64,000 bases of DNA from the human T2T-CHM13v2.0 reference genome, Homo sapiens, in assembly GCF_009914755.1 (NCBI RefSeq), contig NC_060930.1. One strand, 5' to 3'. The position numbers were made by a program, and so were the translations under genes. The notes below the pieces were generated by a model that was given only the letters and a program-made list of their open reading frames with translations, did no database searches and was not told the DNA's origin. This document shows, in pieces, positions 10,641 through 24,668 of the stretch. Each line of letters begins with the position of its first letter. Position 1 is the stretch's first letter.

Positions 10641-12129
10641 ACAGAAAATTGGAAATATGTTTTTACTTCCAGCAAGAGAACATAAAAGTGTTCATTTCTG
10701 TAAGCTCTTGATAAGCTTTGGGGTAGCTAGTGATAGAGGTATTATGTTTCCAGTAGCCAGGGTCACAGATAATTAAAATGTCTCTTATCCCATTTGAATC
10801 AAATGTTCATTGTGGTAAGTGAGTCTTTGTTAAATTCTGAAAGGCAGTCAGTTCTGAGGAAAATTCTCTGATGAGTGCCCTGTGGGCCACGATTTTGTGT
10901 TCTTGAATCAAGGAAAACCATATGCTTTAGATATGAGCTGCAGAGACCACAGATCTGACATTCCATTGTGAACATGTAGGAGCCTGATTTAAGTTTCTGC
11001 TCAGTTTCAGGGTTTTCCAATCAAATGGAGGTGAGCTGTAGAGATGCTGAGAATATAAATTTCTTTTAAAAAATTGTTAGTTTTGTAAGTACATGGCCAC
11101 TTATTTAGTTGAGATGTTTAGGTTCTATGCCACATATTAAGAAGAGGTGATTTTGGCCTGATAATCTACCTCTGTCTTAGAAACAACTCTATCAATCCGA
11201 TTACCTTAATTAAAATGTGAGATTTTGAATAAGAGTAAAATCTTATTACTTAACTAAATAGGTTAAAAGGTTTTCTAAATAGTGGAATGAGTAGAGCTCT
11301 TGGGTAGAGTCAAGTCATTTTAATTTAAGCAGTTGTAAAACTACGTGTTTATGGAGTGATGGCAATGAGAGAAAACAGGCTCAGTTGCTTTCTAAGGCCA
11401 TTTCATAAGAGCAAATGGGAACACTGACCCAGAGAAACGTGATTGTTTCCTTCTTGCTATGACCGAAGAGAAAGATGCCACTTCATCAAGATCTGCACCT
11501 ATCAACTTAATATAAATTTAAAATATAACAAGGGACAGAGCTGCTTTAGGCCATTTGAAATATAAAATTAATTTGTCAAAAAAGCAATTCTTTCCCCTCT
11601 AATTTTGGCAGTAATATTATGTGCAGCCTAGTTTGTGATCCCTACTTTATAAGTTCTTTGTCTAGGAAATCAGAAGTAGATAAAAATGAAGATTTTCTTA
11701 TTGATTCTTATTGGTTTAATACAGTAAGACTTGAAACTTTTTATCTATATACTCCTTTGATTGATTCTCTATACAACTAATTAGAACAAAAAAAGAATCT
11801 AACAAAAGAGCTCTGGGATTGGAAAGGATTTTGGGCAAGATATTCCTAGTAGACTGATATTAATTTGACTTTCCTGATTCTCTACTAAAATTAGTTTGAA
11901 GATGGTAGGTGTCAGGAGAGGACTCTTGGAATAGGTTTTACAAGAAGAATCTTGTCAATTTTAACTTAGAACATTTTACAAAATGTTCATGTAAAAACTT
12001 AACATACTAACAATACATATTTAAAGGGACTATGATTTGTAGAAAAGAAAAAAACAATGAAACTTATTTGCATAGACTCCTAAATAAGAGCCATTTAAAT
12101 AAAAGTTGCAAACCCCCTAATGCATGGGT

Positions 12130-12393
12130 GGACATGGGCCCGCATCCAGTGATTCTCCTATGCTGGAGCATAGCATAAGAACTGACTTTTTGTTTCAATA
12201 CAAAACAACTCTCAATGGCCACCATAGCTCCAAAACTTACCTGTTGAAATGGTATCACAGCTCAACTCCTCTCTCTCCCTAGTGTACTTTGCTCCTCACT
12301 CACAGGTATTGTCCTTGGGAAAGAATTTCTCAGTAACATACTGCACACAAAGTTCAAGTCTCACATTCTGTCTCTTGGGAACATGACTTACCA
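12130..12393 (+). mobile_element. LTR16-like ERVL LTR fragment
   Basis: ctcacaggtattgtcc...ctgcacacaaag...tctcacattctgtctcttgggaac resembles the LTR16 3' end. Confidence 0.5.
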
Positions 12394-12399
12394 TACTCC

Positions 12400-12710
12400 A
12401 TGCCTAAAACCTTGGTAGGCGTGGTTGGGAGGCCAGGCTCTGATGAGCCCATGTTTCTTTTCATGTAATCTCAAGATATTTCCATGAGGTTTTTCAGCAG
12501 GCTGGTCAAACTTCTTTCATTGTGATTCAGGGCTTTGCGAGGCCAAGGCAGAAACAGCCAGTCCTCTTAAAGGCTGGCCCCCAAAATGACATAAGCATCA
12601 CCTTCTCCATACTCTATTGGTCAAAGGAGTAGTCCAGCTTAGGTGGTAAAATGAGAGGAAGGAGATGGGAAAAGTATGGAAGAATTTTTGTCCATCTCTA
12701 ACCTACCACA
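12400..12710 (-). mobile_element. MLT1 (H/I-like) LTR fragment
   Basis: gcatcaccttctccatactctattggtcaaag and terminus ctaccaca. Confidence 0.65.
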
Positions 12711-12994
12711 CAGACTAATCGACAGGGTGAAATATTTTTTTCATACCTCTTTAGGAGAGTGCAGAGTTAACACTCTCTGAATGTGTTAATCAGCCTGATG
12801 CCTTTTTATATTTTCTATAGAAAGAAATTAAGAAGTCCCCATGGGCCATGGTTGGGCAGAAGATTTGATGGGGATGATAATGTGTGGAAGAAGGATGGAT
12901 ACATTATTCCTTTTCTGTATAAACTTTTAAAGAAGTAGTCACCATAGGTGTACAATTTGAAATTATATATGATATAACATAACAAAGCAGAAGC

Positions 12995-13505
<511 letters not shown>

Positions 13506-14484
13506 AAAGTACTCGTTTTAGGTCTGATGCATAAAAAATACTCAAGAAATAATGATAAAAATTGTAAAAAAGAAAGTAACAGGAGCCATGATATTGATAC
13601 GAAGCAAGACAAAACAAAAACTTTAAAACAATATGAGGGAAGAAGCAGTAATGTTAAAACTATGAGTAGGATTGAAGGCATTCATCACAGACACCCAATA
13701 AATGCTGCAGAATCTGAACATCGTGAAGATAGTAAATAGAAAACAAGCTGAAGTTTAAGGCTACTGGTAAAGGTTAGACTACTGTGTGAATAATTAGAGG
13801 GCATCTTTCTTTCTCAGTGCAGTCAAAATCAGGCAGCTTGTTTTCTAGTAATCATGTTTTCAACATTATTCATATGAAAACATAAAATTTTAGGTTTTAG
13901 GAAATAAACTGAACTCTCCATACTCTCTCAAATCACTAGAAAGTCTCCGTCAGTTATTTCTTTCTCAGTGCTGATTAACTATCGATTCAATTGGTGGTCA
14001 AAATCGAGACTTGCTGCTGTGTTTTTGTTTTGAAATTTTTATTTTATTGACTTTTGACAGGGCACAGCTAGAGAAGAGAAAAGCCTAGTTTAAAAAAAGT
14101 ATTTGTATCAAGCCATCTCACCCATTAAATATTGATAATTTTACATTACAGTTCCAAAACAATAATGAATTATTGTTCCCACATCAACTGGTCCAAAACA
14201 GAAGCAAGTCTGTTTTCCTTCCCCTATGGTTAGCGCAGTGTGTCTGGACAAACAGGCAATTAAGTTCTTAAAATATGAACCCAAATGAGACTGAGACTGG
14301 GTGTGTTTTCATATTCTTCTACAGCCAAAGATGTGTAACTCACCAGGGAGGCTTAACTTATTCTGACTCTTCTGGATAAACATGCATGTTATCCTTGATG
14401 TTTATGCATTTTTCAGCAAGTTTTAGGAGAATAGATGGATTATTTATAAAATAAAGAACTTATTTTTCACATCTCAGTAATGAT

Positions 14485-14710
14485 ATGGTGGAAAGCCGAA
14501 TTGTACCACGGAAAAGGTCAGAACACCTTGATCATATGTCAGTTTCACCCTTTAGCTAATAGTGTGACCTCAGGAAGGTCACTTTGTCTATCTGACCTAC
14601 AGGTATGTCATCTATAAAATATGTCTGATGATAATTCTTAATCGACCCACCTGTCAGAGCTCTTAGACACAAGTGAAATTATGAATAAGGTGTAAAAATG
14701 CCATATAAGG
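14485..14710 (+). mobile_element. MIR
   Basis: tgtgacctcaggaaggtcactt...catctataaaat. Confidence 0.6.
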
Positions 14711-14990
14711 CTCATTTTCCTTTAATATTTTAATACTAAATCCATAAAAGTTTGTAGTATCTGTTTGCATACACATGACCAAAAATATTTTGGATGGAAG
14801 TGTAAAAAAAAATCAGTCAAGGTATCTATATGCTCCATTTGCAAGAGGTAATAATCTACTTGTTTAAAATTATATATACATATATAAAATTTATATAAAA
14901 TATACAATTTTAATGTTATTGAATTTTGTATATACATTGTATATACATATGATATACATTATATACAAAATTGATTTTTAAACTTTTAAC

Positions 14991-15285
14991 TTTTTTTTTT
15001 AAGATGGGGGCGTCTCACTTTTTCACCCAGGTTGTAGTGCGGTGGTGCTGTCTCAGCTCACTGCAACCTCCGCCTCCCAGGCTCAAGCAATCCTCCCACA
15101 ACAGCCTCCTGAGTAGCTGAGACCACAGGTGCATGCCACCACACCCGGCTAATTTTTTCTATTTTTGGTAAAGATGGGGTTTCACCATGTTGCCCAGGGT
15201 GGTCTCAAACTCCGGAGCTCAGGTGATTCAGTCACCCCGCCTCCCAAAGTGCTAAGCTTACAGACAGGAGCCACTGCACCCAGCC
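14991..15285 (-). mobile_element. AluJb-like
   Basis: Antisense dimeric Alu, ggctcaagcaatcctccc, ccatgttgcccagg. Confidence 0.9.
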
Positions 15286-16414
15286 TAAAATTTAACTGTT
15301 CAGTTATGTTTGAGGTTGTGTTCTCAAGCTTTCATCTACTTTTTTTTATGTTCTTTCTTAAAAGCTGGTTTTATTATTCACTGTCTTCTGTAGCTGCTTC
15401 CCTCCTTGGTTTTATTGTATCGTCTTTTGTATGTAGTTTGTTACAGTCAATATTGTTTATGTAAAATAACTGCTTAAATTAACTTGTTATCTGTGTCTAC
15501 TTCAGAAAACACAGAGTTCCATACTTTTTATTTTAGTAAATGTAAAGTGGTGGTATTGATGGAAGGTTGGGGAGAGGATATTTCAAGCAAGTCTCATATA
15601 AGATATTGCTGGAGGTAGTTAATAAATGTCAAAAATCCTAAGCATGAAACATTCAGGACTTTACAAGACAAAAAAATAGAATAAAATTTTGGCCTCATTC
15701 ATCTAAATTGTTTTTTTCATCAGAGCAATTTTGATTACATTTTTTTATTTCCATCCTCCAAAATTGTTCATTGTCTTTGTCTATATGTTCACACAGTTAA
15801 CAAGTTGGCTAATATTTCTGGTTATCTTCACAACCGATTATGCATTGATCAACTGATTGACCATATAGCAATTTTATTTGGTTGTTAAGAACAGATGTAA
15901 ATACCAGATTGACTCTGTTACAGTTGTTAATTTAGCTGTACAGACAAGGTGTCAGAAAAGACCTTCAGAAATATATATAAAATGCCTTACATTCTCAAAT
16001 GGTCATGAAAATATTAAATCTGCAGCCAAAATAAAGTTTAATTTGAATAACTTTTATTTTCAGAGACTACACGTTAAAATAGAATTCAGTGTGGAACATA
16101 ATTTAAAGTGTTCTGATACAATAGGGAAATGGTTGCTGAACGTTCTTCTGTGTCAAACAGGTGGACACAACTGCTAGATTAACAATGAGGCATATTAGCA
16201 AATATTGCTGTCCTTCAGTGCTGAAGAGGATGTTGGCTCTTGCAATTATGTTCTTAGGCTCTTTGTTGATTTTGGTGAAATGAGCAAATTATGTTTTATT
16301 TTATATCATTAATAATATTTCATCTTTTCTGAATTAGTCCTATTGAAAATTAAAGATAATTTAATTGTTATGAAATGGGAATTATGCAGTTTTAATCTCT
16401 ACTGACAGTGACTA

Positions 16415-16472
16415 TACTGCTTGCAAGTCTAATTTACTATCTGGCTCTTTGGGAAAAGTTTGCTGACCCGCT
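16415..16472. mobile_element. MER58 end fragment (hAT-Charlie)
   Basis: atttactatctggctctttgggaaaagtttgctgacccgctg. Confidence 0.6.
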
Positions 16473-16779
16473 GCTAGGGTTACTACTGCCCTATAGTGAG
16501 AGTCCAAGTCTCTTTTTACTTCAACAACAGTTGTCTCTCCATCCCTGGATCCTAAGGTGTCCCACTCTACTTCAGATCAGGGACAACAGAAATTCTGAGG
16601 CACCATTGGGCCAGGGGTCTAGGGGTTAGAGCTTTGGGTGAAATGAACAAAGGAGTTAAAATCCAAAGTACAGACTTCTGAACTTTTTGTTTGTTTTTGT
16701 TTTGCTTTTCTTTTATGACAGCATCATACAGGGATCCAAAGTCTTCCCTCCCTTGGGAAAATGTTACCTTTTAAAACAT

Positions 16780-16885
16780 TACATTTAACACATAATAATT
16801 TTGTATATGTATGTGGTACAATGTGATGTTTTTATCTGTGTACACATTATAGAAGACTCGATTAAGTTCATTGCTGTATCCATCT
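16780..16885 (-). mobile_element. L1MA 3' end fragment
   Basis: acacataataattttgtatatgtatgtggtacaatgtgatgtttt. Confidence 0.6.
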
Positions 16886-16972
16886 GAAAGCCAGTTAGTA
16901 ATCAGGATAGAGTCCAGGGCCCTAGAGTATGGGTGGGGGGTGGATGTGCTAATTTGTTGCTCTGAGCCCTAA

Positions 16973-17328
<356 letters not shown>

Positions 17329-17717
17329 CATGTTTAGTGAAAAGGGGCAACAGTGAATATCTGACACATTTTCATGTGGGCCAAGACACACAAGAGTTTG
17401 GTTCATCTGGGGTCCATTCTAGCTCACTGGAGTTTAGAATCACATCCCGCATATTGAGGCCAACCTGCAGTAATAAAGTATGTGTGTTTGTTGGTCTTTT
17501 CCAGTGGAAATTTGTGGTACCAGTGCTTCTTCATCCAGGATTCAAGATTCCCAGCCAAATTTCCCTTTCTCTACTAAACTAGCAACAACTCTTATTGTTG
17601 TGACAGTTTCTACCCTCAAGTGATTCCTAGTCTAATGATAAAAACATAAATGCCAAGAGCTAACTATAATGACATGTAGTAAGTGAGAAATTGCTTCACA
17701 GAGAAGGTAACATTTCT

Positions 17718-17904
17718 CAGTGGTGTAAAAGAGCTGGCTCTTACCAGCTCCATTGTTAAGTATTTAGGAATCAACAGCTGAGTTGTTAAATCACTGGTAG
17801 CTTGAAATGGGCTGTGGTGGGAATATCTCCACCATGGAAATTGGCAAACACTGCAAATTGGGACTTACTTTTGTACAGAGAGCCTATTTGCCAAAGTAGC
17901 ACTG
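17718..17904 (+). mobile_element. MER63A (hAT-Blackjack MITE)
   Basis: cagtggtgt...ggtagcttgaaat...ccatggaaattggcaaacactgcaaat...cactg terminal inverted ends. Confidence 0.75.
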
Positions 17905-19351
17905 GATTTGAACTGGAAAAAGGAGGGAGTGAGGGGTAAATTTATTGTAAGCAGAGGGGACAGACATTATGATTAAAATGTAATACAGTATATTAAAATA
18001 TCAGTAACTTTTGACATTTGAAAAGGGTTATTCTCTTTGATGCATAAGTATTAATCTTATTCATTAAAATGTGAAAACCACATACATTGTTTTTCTTTTA
18101 TATTTATCACATACTTATAGGGTAAGCAAGTTTCATACCGCAATCATCTTTTGGTCATTTTCTCTAATTATTCTTCACAGATTTGTATGTATGTATATAG
18201 GCATCTAGTAAGCTGTTACGTTTTCTTCCAGCATTTGGTATGGTTCAGGAAGTCTAACATCAACCTGATTTTTAGCCATTTATTGGCAAACTATTCCCTT
18301 TTTCTTTAATGCTTCATAATCCCAAATTTCTATTATTTTCAATAATGAGTCTTACTATTTTAGCTTGATATATTTGGTGAAGTTTCTAAATCTATAAATT
18401 TGTTTTTCTTCACTGTAGGTAGATTTATATGTATTATGAGGTTTCCTTGAGTGATGTCAGAACCAGCTTTCTAAAGTTGATTATTTTTTCCTTTTATTCA
18501 TATCTATGAGTTTTCTTGTCACTTTCACTTCTGTTCTTTCCCTTTGGATTCAAGGCTTCTCAAACTTGCCATCCTTATTACAGATTTGATTTGATCACTT
18601 CTATTTTTATTGTCTCTAATGGGAGTTTTAGCCCTGCTCTTGCTCTGGTGTTTCATTGTATTCTTTTTCTACTTTAGTCAGAGTTCTTTGTATCTCTGCG
18701 TCGATCTTACACTCTATGCTCTTCACCCCCTTTTTCCAGAGGCCACTTTCATCTTTCATGTTTTTGAAGACATCAAGCATAGTCTGCTAAGCTTTGCCTT
18801 TTCCTTTCCCTACTGATTATTTTTCTGTTTGTTCACCCTTAGCAGATAGAGATCTATCTAGACCTGGCATTTTTCGAAAGACAGTTTCTTAGTTTCATTA
18901 GCTTGGTCTGCTCTTCACCTAGGTTCAGGCAGCTTCCTTCTTTGGCTCTGGAACCAAAGGCAGATTTATTTGCACAGATCTGCACGTCTTGCACAGATAT
19001 GTCTGTTTCTAACAGTAGTTAGTCCAGAAAAGATTGACCATGGAATTCTTTTCTTGAGAGGAGTGGCATCTCAATCAATGTTTCCCAACATATGGTTCTC
19101 ATGGCCTTGGGGACCCTGAAGGGATGTATGGGGCAGGCTCTGGCTGGCTTAAAAAGTGATTCCTTAGGGTTTAGGAGAAAAAATTGCATGTTTTTGTGGT
19201 TTGTGCATGTATTTTATGTATTTATTTGTGTATTCATTTATTTATTTGCTAGAGTTTAGAGCAGCAAAGGGAGGGTAAATCAAAGACCACTGATTTGGAC
19301 TCAGCCTTCTTGCTCTGCTCTGCATTTGCAGTTGTATTGTTTGTCGTGGAG

Positions 19352-19594
19352 CAGTATTTCTCAACAGTGGCACTATTGATATTTTGGGTCAGATAATTCT
19401 TCGCCATGGAGGCTGTCTTGTGCATTGTAGGATGTGGTAGGAGTTGTGTTTCCTGAGTAGGGCACAACCTCCCTGGTTTCTACTCAGTAGATACACCCCA
19501 CTCCCAGTTGTGATAAGCAAAAATATGTCCAGATGTTGTCTAATGTCCCCTGGGGAGCAAAATTATCATCGCTTTCTCTCGTTAAGAACCACTG
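19352..19594 (-). mobile_element. MER20 (hAT-Charlie MITE) with a 24-bp insertion
   Basis: ggcactattgatattttgggtcagataattct...aatgtcccctgggg...aagaaccactg. Confidence 0.85.
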
Positions 19595-20269
19595 CTCTAG
19601 AGACTAAGAACACATTTCTAAATTTCATGAAACTTTCTCCAAAATCAAATTCTACTCTTTTTGTCAATTTGTCTAAATTTGATTGTACTGTTGCCAGTCT
19701 TTTTTTTTTTTCTATCTTCATTGGCATTTAGTAGAATGTATAAAAGGCTTATATGAGGAATTGTATTTTTTTGTTTATTTTTTCATCTGCCAAATAATCA
19801 CTGAGCACATAATATATTCCATGTTTTCTGCTTGGTCATGGAACAGGAAATTGAGTAAGACTTTCTCTTTGCAAATTCTCATCTTTGGAAATTATTCTAG
19901 GATTTATATAAATTATCATATTTAACTTCTTCAAATTTCTTACCTTTTGTCTTTCTTAATAAATAATCTGATACTTTTCTACATCTTGTCTTAATGTAGG
20001 ACTTGTCAGTACCTTTAAAATGTTCATGTCATTTACACATTTCCAGAGGAGGGGGATAAAGTGTGGTGTTCCTTTATCTTATTTTATCATGGGGCTCTAT
20101 TTTCTTCAAAACATCTTATGAGATAATTAGTCCAGGGTATAGGCTTTGGGAAATATTCCATTTATGCATTTCTTTATTATCTAAGGATGGATGATACTGA
20201 TCTTTTCAGATTAATATCTTTAGCCCTGATATTCCACAGAACCCCAGACCCTAATATTAATTCCTCCTG

Positions 20270-20545
20270 TATATCTCCAGATTGAAGTTCCACAAATATC
20301 TCAAACTCAGAACTTCTTCCAAGGCAAAGAATTCCAAGGCATTCCTGACCCCCAAAATAGAGTATAATATCTCTCTTTATATCTTTAACACTGTTCTGTC
20401 AAAACCATACTTCAGTGTAAGTTAGTATCTGTTGTAATTCTGTCTTTCCTGCTAGACTGTGAGAATTCAGACACAGTGTCTGGGTTTCTTCTTCACTTTT
20501 CTCCCCAGAATTTGGAACAAAATGGGTGCTCAGAAGATGTTTTCT
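20270..20545 (+). mobile_element. L2 fragments
   Basis: atctcaaactca; gctagactgtgag...gggtgctcagaagatgttt. Confidence 0.5.
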
Positions 20546-20687
20546 TTAAAGTACAAACACTGGGCAAAAATAATGCCACTGACATTTTTTTAGAAAATGT
20601 TTTTTAGCTTATTTCTCCACATACTTAAATTGGGGTTGGAGGATACATTTGACAACTCTAGGAACCTAATGTTAGATGTTGAAGAAG

Positions 20688-20961
20688 AGCACTATGGGAG
20701 GCCAAGGCAGGTGGATCACGAGGTCAGGAGATCGAGACCATTCTGGCTAACACGGTGAAACCCCGTCTCTACTAAAAATACAAAAAATTAGCCGGGCGTG
20801 GTGGCAGGCACCTGTAGTCCCAGCTACTCTGGGAGGCTGAGGCAGGAGAATGGCATGAATCCAGGAGGTGGAGCTTGCAGTGAGCCAAGACTGCGCCACT
20901 GCACTCCAGCCTGGGTGACAGAGAGAGACTCCATCTCAAAAAAAAAAAGAAAAAATAAAAA
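20688..20961 (+). mobile_element. AluY, 5'-truncated
   Basis: gatcacgaggtcaggagatcgagaccattctggctaacacgg; gagaatggcatgaa; gagcttgcag. Confidence 0.95.
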
Positions 20962-20979
20962 TTGTAAAAAAAGCACAGA

Positions 20980-21145
20980 GGCTGGGCATGGTGGCTGAAG
21001 CCTAACACTTTGGGAGGCTGAGGCAGGAGGATCACTTGAGGCCAGGAGTTTAAGATCAATCTGGACAACACAATGAGACCCTATTTCTACAAAACAAACA
21101 AACAAAGAAACAAACAAAACCACCACCAACATCACCAACAAAACC
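20980..21145 (+). mobile_element. FLAM_C / free left Alu monomer with (CAAA)n-type tail
   Basis: ggctgggcatggtggct...ggatcacttgaggccaggagttt...gaccctatttctac, then an A/C-rich tail. Confidence 0.8.
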
Positions 21146-22689
21146 TCAGGGAAATAGGGTACCGGGATTTGCCAAAGACAAACTTGAATGAATTAACAAT
21201 TCTGGATAGTGCTAGTAATGTCTTTGAAAAAAATTTAAGTGTCTTTTTTGGCAGATGTAGGGATTTTGCAGGTTGGCTTGTGTCCAGCGTGATGATTAAA
21301 CATTTGTTCCTTAAAAAGAGAATTGATTCTTTTGTTCTGTGTTGCTCAATTCAAGATTAAGTCATGAGGGGATTTGGAAGGATGTACTGAAGTTTCATCT
21401 GGTTTGGTGAGAACAATATGCTACCAGATAATCATTGCTTTGTAATAGTCCAAGAAAGTAACAGTTTTTTAAAAAAGTTAAAACTCCATATAGCATTTAA
21501 TTTTTGATTAAATCCAAACCAGAATAAACATCGTGACTGAGTTTTAGGAAGCCCACCAAACCCTTCTGCCATGATTCTTTGCTGGACCCAGAAATACCAT
21601 TTCTTTCTTTTGTTTTTGAGATGGGTATGTTATGGGTACATTTGTCTTTTTGTTCAGGTGCTGTGAGACAGAGATGAAAAAGACAATCTTCCAAGCCTTA
21701 GGAAAAAAATATTAACCAACCATCTCTAGGAAATTGCAAAATAGTTTCTACTTTATCAGGATTTCCAATTCCAGGTATCTTACTTTGGAACTTTTGTATT
21801 ACTTTAATGTCACTCATAAAATGTTACATTTCTGAAACTGCTAGATTCCACAGAAATCAGGAATTTTTTGTGTACTCTATAAGAAGAAGACCGTAGATTA
21901 CAAACTGTTGATTGTAAAAAATAAATACGCTTATTTTTTTCTCCATTATCAAGGTTGACTTTTTTTTTATGTTGTAAAAAATGAATGTTAGCTTTCTATT
22001 CTAAGTCTGTGTAAAAAAAAGAGGCCTCAGAAGATTAAATTTGGTAGTGTAGATATAGCTACTTTATGTTATTTATTTCTGTGTCTACATGTAGCATCAT
22101 TCCAAGTTCAGATACTGCAACCAACAACCTAGAGTACTTCCCTTTTTGTTATACTGATTTAGACACCTAACATCAGGATGCACTATGGGAGATACAATTT
22201 GGCCAAACTAGGCCTATATTCACAATGTAATTAATTGCTTTTTAATGGAGCTATTTAATAGCACTTAATGTGTATTGAAACATAAATTGGTCTTTATGTT
22301 TATTTAAGGTGAATAGGATAAAGATGATGGTCTTTGGAGGCAAAAAAAGTGTTACTGGGAAAGAAGTGATAACCAGACACATTCACATCATTATGCACCA
22401 TCTCTGTTCTGATAGAGAAGCCAAAAGCACAGGGCCAATCCTTTGCTTAAGTTATGAGCATGGTATGTATGACCTATGTCACACATGTTATTTAAAATGC
22501 ACATTTTAGCCTATTCAAGAGTTCTTTTTCTGAAAAGTAAATTTTAGACATTTTTGTAAAGTCTTAGGAAATTAAGAAAGAGGATTTATGAGTTAATATA
22601 TGTACAGCTCTTAGAAAGTACATATAGCTCAAAGTTCTCTGCATTTATTATTATGGTATGTATAATAGTCACTGTTGACTTAGTTAACG

Positions 22690-23380
22690 TTAAGTAAATA
22701 TTAAGCATCTATTACATGTAAAAGGCTATACTATAAACTATATGATTCACTTTAAAAAATTTTTATTGATAGATAATATTTGCACATATTTATGGGGTAC
22801 ATGTGATATCTTGTTACATGCATAGAATGTGTAATGAAATGAAATATGCATAGTATTTTTATTCAAGAAGTTCGCATATTAATGGTAAAGAAATTCATAA
22901 AAAAGAAAATTAAGAATATAAAGCAGTACAGTAAGTATATGGGGACATCAGGAGTTGAGAGAATAGAGAGATCCTTGTGGCTCCATGCAGGACATAGATC
23001 GGTCAGTTATATTGAAGGGAGATTTTGGAAGGGATGGCAAACATTTCAGGAAGGAAAAGAAAAAGAAATGAAGATAGAACTACATAAAATATTTATAGGC
23101 TGGCTGTACTGGAGGCCAGGCTAAGAAGATGAGATTAGAAAGAAATGCCAGAATCAGAGATCTGGACTTGATTCCATTTAGTCGTTGAAATTTTCCGAGC
23201 AGGGATAAGCCAGGATGATATTTGTGTTTCAGGAGATTAATGTGGCAGTTATACACAGAAAGGATTTTAGGGAGAGACTAGAGGCTAATAAGATGGCTAA
23301 CAGGGAAATAGGAAAATAGATAGCAGTAGAAATGGAAAGGAAAGATGAATGTAATGGACATTGTCAAAGAAGAATGATCA
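22690..23380 (-). mobile_element. L2 fragment containing an L1MA 3' stub (22755-22836)
   Basis: tattaagcatctattacatgt; gatatttgtgtttcaggagattaatgtggcag; stub tattgatagataatatttgcacatatttatggggtacatgtgata. Confidence 0.6.
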
Positions 23381-23599
23381 TGCTCTATTGTGTTGATGAG
23401 ATACTATGTTTTGTATACTTTGCATATTAATTTCTTTCATTTACAAAAATTATTTCAGAGTTCTTAAGAATTATGGTCAATTTTTTATAAACACGAATTT
23501 TGTTTCTATGGCTAAATTAACTAATGAAAAATGAAAGAGACAGTAATTATAAAGTGCTTATAATTTAGTGCATATTTTGAAAGTTGGTGCTAATATTTG

Positions 23600-23805
23600 T
23601 GCTTTGGATTAGGCCAACCACGATTCAGTTACGGGCTTTGCAACTTACTCATGTAAATTTGGAAAAGGTATCTAACTCTCTAAACTGCATATTTCTCATC
23701 TGTAAAATGCTGATAAAACTTTTCTCATAACCTTATTATAAAGATATAATATATTTTAAATGCCCAAGCATACATACAGCATGTAATAATTATGTAGTAA
23801 ATGTG
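23600..23805 (+). mobile_element. MIR
   Basis: ctctctaaactgcatatttctcatctgtaaaatg core. Confidence 0.65.
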
Positions 23806-24145
23806 AGATGCAATTAACGTCAGAAAACTAAGCGTAGAAAAATAGAAAGCTGATATCATTGTAAAGTCCATTACAATGTCTGTGTTTTGTGTGCCTGGAA
23901 CACAATATACTTCATTTTTCTAGGTTCAAGGACCTTGTAATTTTTTTTTATTTTTCTATCATCTCACTGATATCTCCATTAAAACATCATTTATTTGTTT
24001 CTTCTTTTCTCTTTGACTGCTTTCTGTTGGTATGATTTGGGGATTAGCTCTCAGATTTCTCTATTTTACACATTTCCTTGGTGATCCCACTCAGATATTT
24101 TATCTCCCATGGATGATTAATTATCATCTATGTGCGGATAACTTC

Positions 24146-24552
24146 TGTGATACTTTTAAAGATATATTCTCAAATTTTTTGATACACCTTTTTTCAAGCA
24201 GTTGGGCTCAATTCTACTTCTCTTTAGTGTGGGTCAACCTATAGATTGTGAAGACATGTTGCGAAAAGCCCTATAGAAAAGTCCACAGAAGTGAGGAACT
24301 GAAGCCTCCAGCCACAGTACACATGAGTGAGTTTAGCAGTAGATTCTCCAGCCCCAGTTAAGTCTTCTGAGACCACATCCTAAAGACAAGTTGATTATAA
24401 CTTCATGAAAAACTCGAAGCCAGAGCCACCCAGCTAAGCCACGTCTGACTTTCTGACATTCAGAAACTGCATGAGATAATAAATACTTTTGTTTTGTTTA
24501 AAGATGCTAAGTTTGGGGATAATTTGTTACACAGCAATAGGTAACCAATGCA
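24146..24552 (+). mobile_element. MLT1F-like solo LTR
   Basis: tgtg...gaggaactgaagcctccagcc...ccacccagctaagcc...ttgttacacagcaataggtaaccaatgca; TSD acttc/acctc. Confidence 0.85.
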
Positions 24553-24668
24553 ACCTCTGAATTTATATCTCCAGCCAGACATCTCCACTGAGCTCCAGAC
24601 TTGTATATCCAACTGCCTACTCTCACCTCTACTTAGATGTCTAATAAACATCTTGATTTCAATACATT

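Noticed and set aside
14865-14975. AT-rich inverted repeat (aattttgtatata / tatatacaaaatt)
   Set aside because: Expected by chance in (TA)-rich low-complexity sequence
21658-21774. Possible + strand exon (tttttgttcag ... ccag|gtatct)
   Set aside because: Weak donor, stops in all frames, and no further support
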